From Felis catus (taxonomy: Eukaryota): a stretch of DNA of 64,000 nucleotides. Below, in pieces: positions 63,385 to 64,000 of this stretch. The notes beneath the pieces are model-generated. The model ran no database searches. It had not been told where the DNA came from and saw nothing but the letters and a program-made list of their open reading frames with translations. Position 1 is the stretch's first letter. Every line of letters starts with the position of its first letter. The position numbers were made by a program, and so were the translations under genes. Location: the NCBI RefSeq assembly GCF_018350175.1, contig NC_058368.1:38256001-38320000 (forward strand), read 5' to 3'.

Positions 63385-63880
63385 TCCATCCTTTACACCA
63401 CATGATCTTTAATGTAATTTCATCCCATTGGAAAGAGCTCCTGTAGGATATTGGTCGGTGGCTTTGCCTCTGCAATCTTTTACAAGAGGAAGGCTAATGG
63501 GAAAAACTGTAACCTGGTGTCAAGGGTATTGATCCTTATCTCTATTCTCAACAATACAGGTTTTATTTCCCTCATTTCCACTGGTTTAGGTGGCTTATCT
63601 AGCATGGTGACCAAAAGGCCCATCCCTGTGACCTCTAGACTTCTGCTCATCATGGCCTCTCAGGTTGCGGCTTCCGCATTTGTTTTCATAATTGGGCAGG
63701 AAGGTGCCAGGAAATGTCCCAGTGGACATGATTTGAGGGCCAGATACATTCTTCCCTGCTCACATCCTACCACAGCCTCATCTTAATTACTCCTGCCATG
63801 ATGGTAGCTCATTTCCTTGCCTGTCGCTCTCTGGATATAGGAAGCCAAAAGTAATTGAGTGGCAAGTAGAGTTTGCAGTT
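63385..63880 (-). mobile_element. ERV-L internal 3' fragment (dUTPase/pol C-terminal fossil plus polypurine tract)
   Basis: Across frameshifts the minus strand reads NCKLYLPLNYFWLPISRERQARK*ATIMAGVI..REECIW..PLGHFLAPSCPIMKTN..GMGLLVTMLDKPPKPVEM, versus recalled ERV-L NWKLRLPPGHFGLLMPLSQQAKKGVTVLAGVI..KEEYAW..PLGRLLVLPCPVIKVN..GMKVWVTPPGKKPRPAEV. The purine-rich aaaggatgga directly precedes the LTR. Confidence 0.78.
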
Positions 63881-64000
63881 GTAGATGAGGCAAAATTTTA
63901 GCTTTATCCTCTTCAGGTTTTCAGCAGTACCTGAGAAAGTGAACTAAGACGGACTGACAGGAGAAAAAAACAACACATTTATGGAAGTTTTACAAGATGT
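63880..64000. mobile_element. Probable further LTR interrupting the ERV-L fragment, cut by the window edge
   Basis: ERV-L similarity stops abruptly at TGTAGATGAGG; agacggactgacaggagaaaaaa resembles an ERV1-type LTR block. Only about 120 bp is visible. Confidence 0.35.

Noticed and set aside
63035..63786. 113-aa and 111-aa ORFs
   Set aside because: One reads through the LTR16-like LTR and the other is antisense to the ERV-L remnant; neither is a plausible protein.

Overview
AT-rich, CpG-poor mammalian genomic DNA. It is almost certainly from a felid (cat-like) genome, because it carries about 25 tRNA-derived carnivore SINEs (Can-SINE/SINEC), some of the young felid type. I find no intact protein-coding gene, RNA gene or CRISPR array; every ORF in the track is explained by repeats, microsatellites or pseudogene remnants. 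Recognisable content: (1) a full-length, disabled processed pseudogene of TMEM147 (minus strand, ~28.65-29.53 kb); (2) five minus-strand LINE-1 bodies, including a three-level nest (old L1 > younger L1 > SINE); (3) several solo LTRs (MLT1A-, MLT1B-, LTR40-, MER74-like, plus an unassigned 1059-bp TG..CA LTR carrying a perfect TCTCGCGAGA palindrome); (4) an ERV-L 3' end (dUTPase-region fossil, polypurine tract, LTR16-like LTR) near the right edge; (5) ancient L2, MIR and CR1 fragments and many microsatellites. Repeat-poor blocks at ~24.4-26.8 kb and ~31-33 kb are candidate regulatory DNA. I see no convincing new biological system. The most interesting signals are a candidate LTR-derived promoter, repeated SINE insertion at identical target sites, and a near-identical 77-bp local duplication. 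Family names come from recalled consensus sequences, not from a database search, and old-repeat boundaries are approximate.
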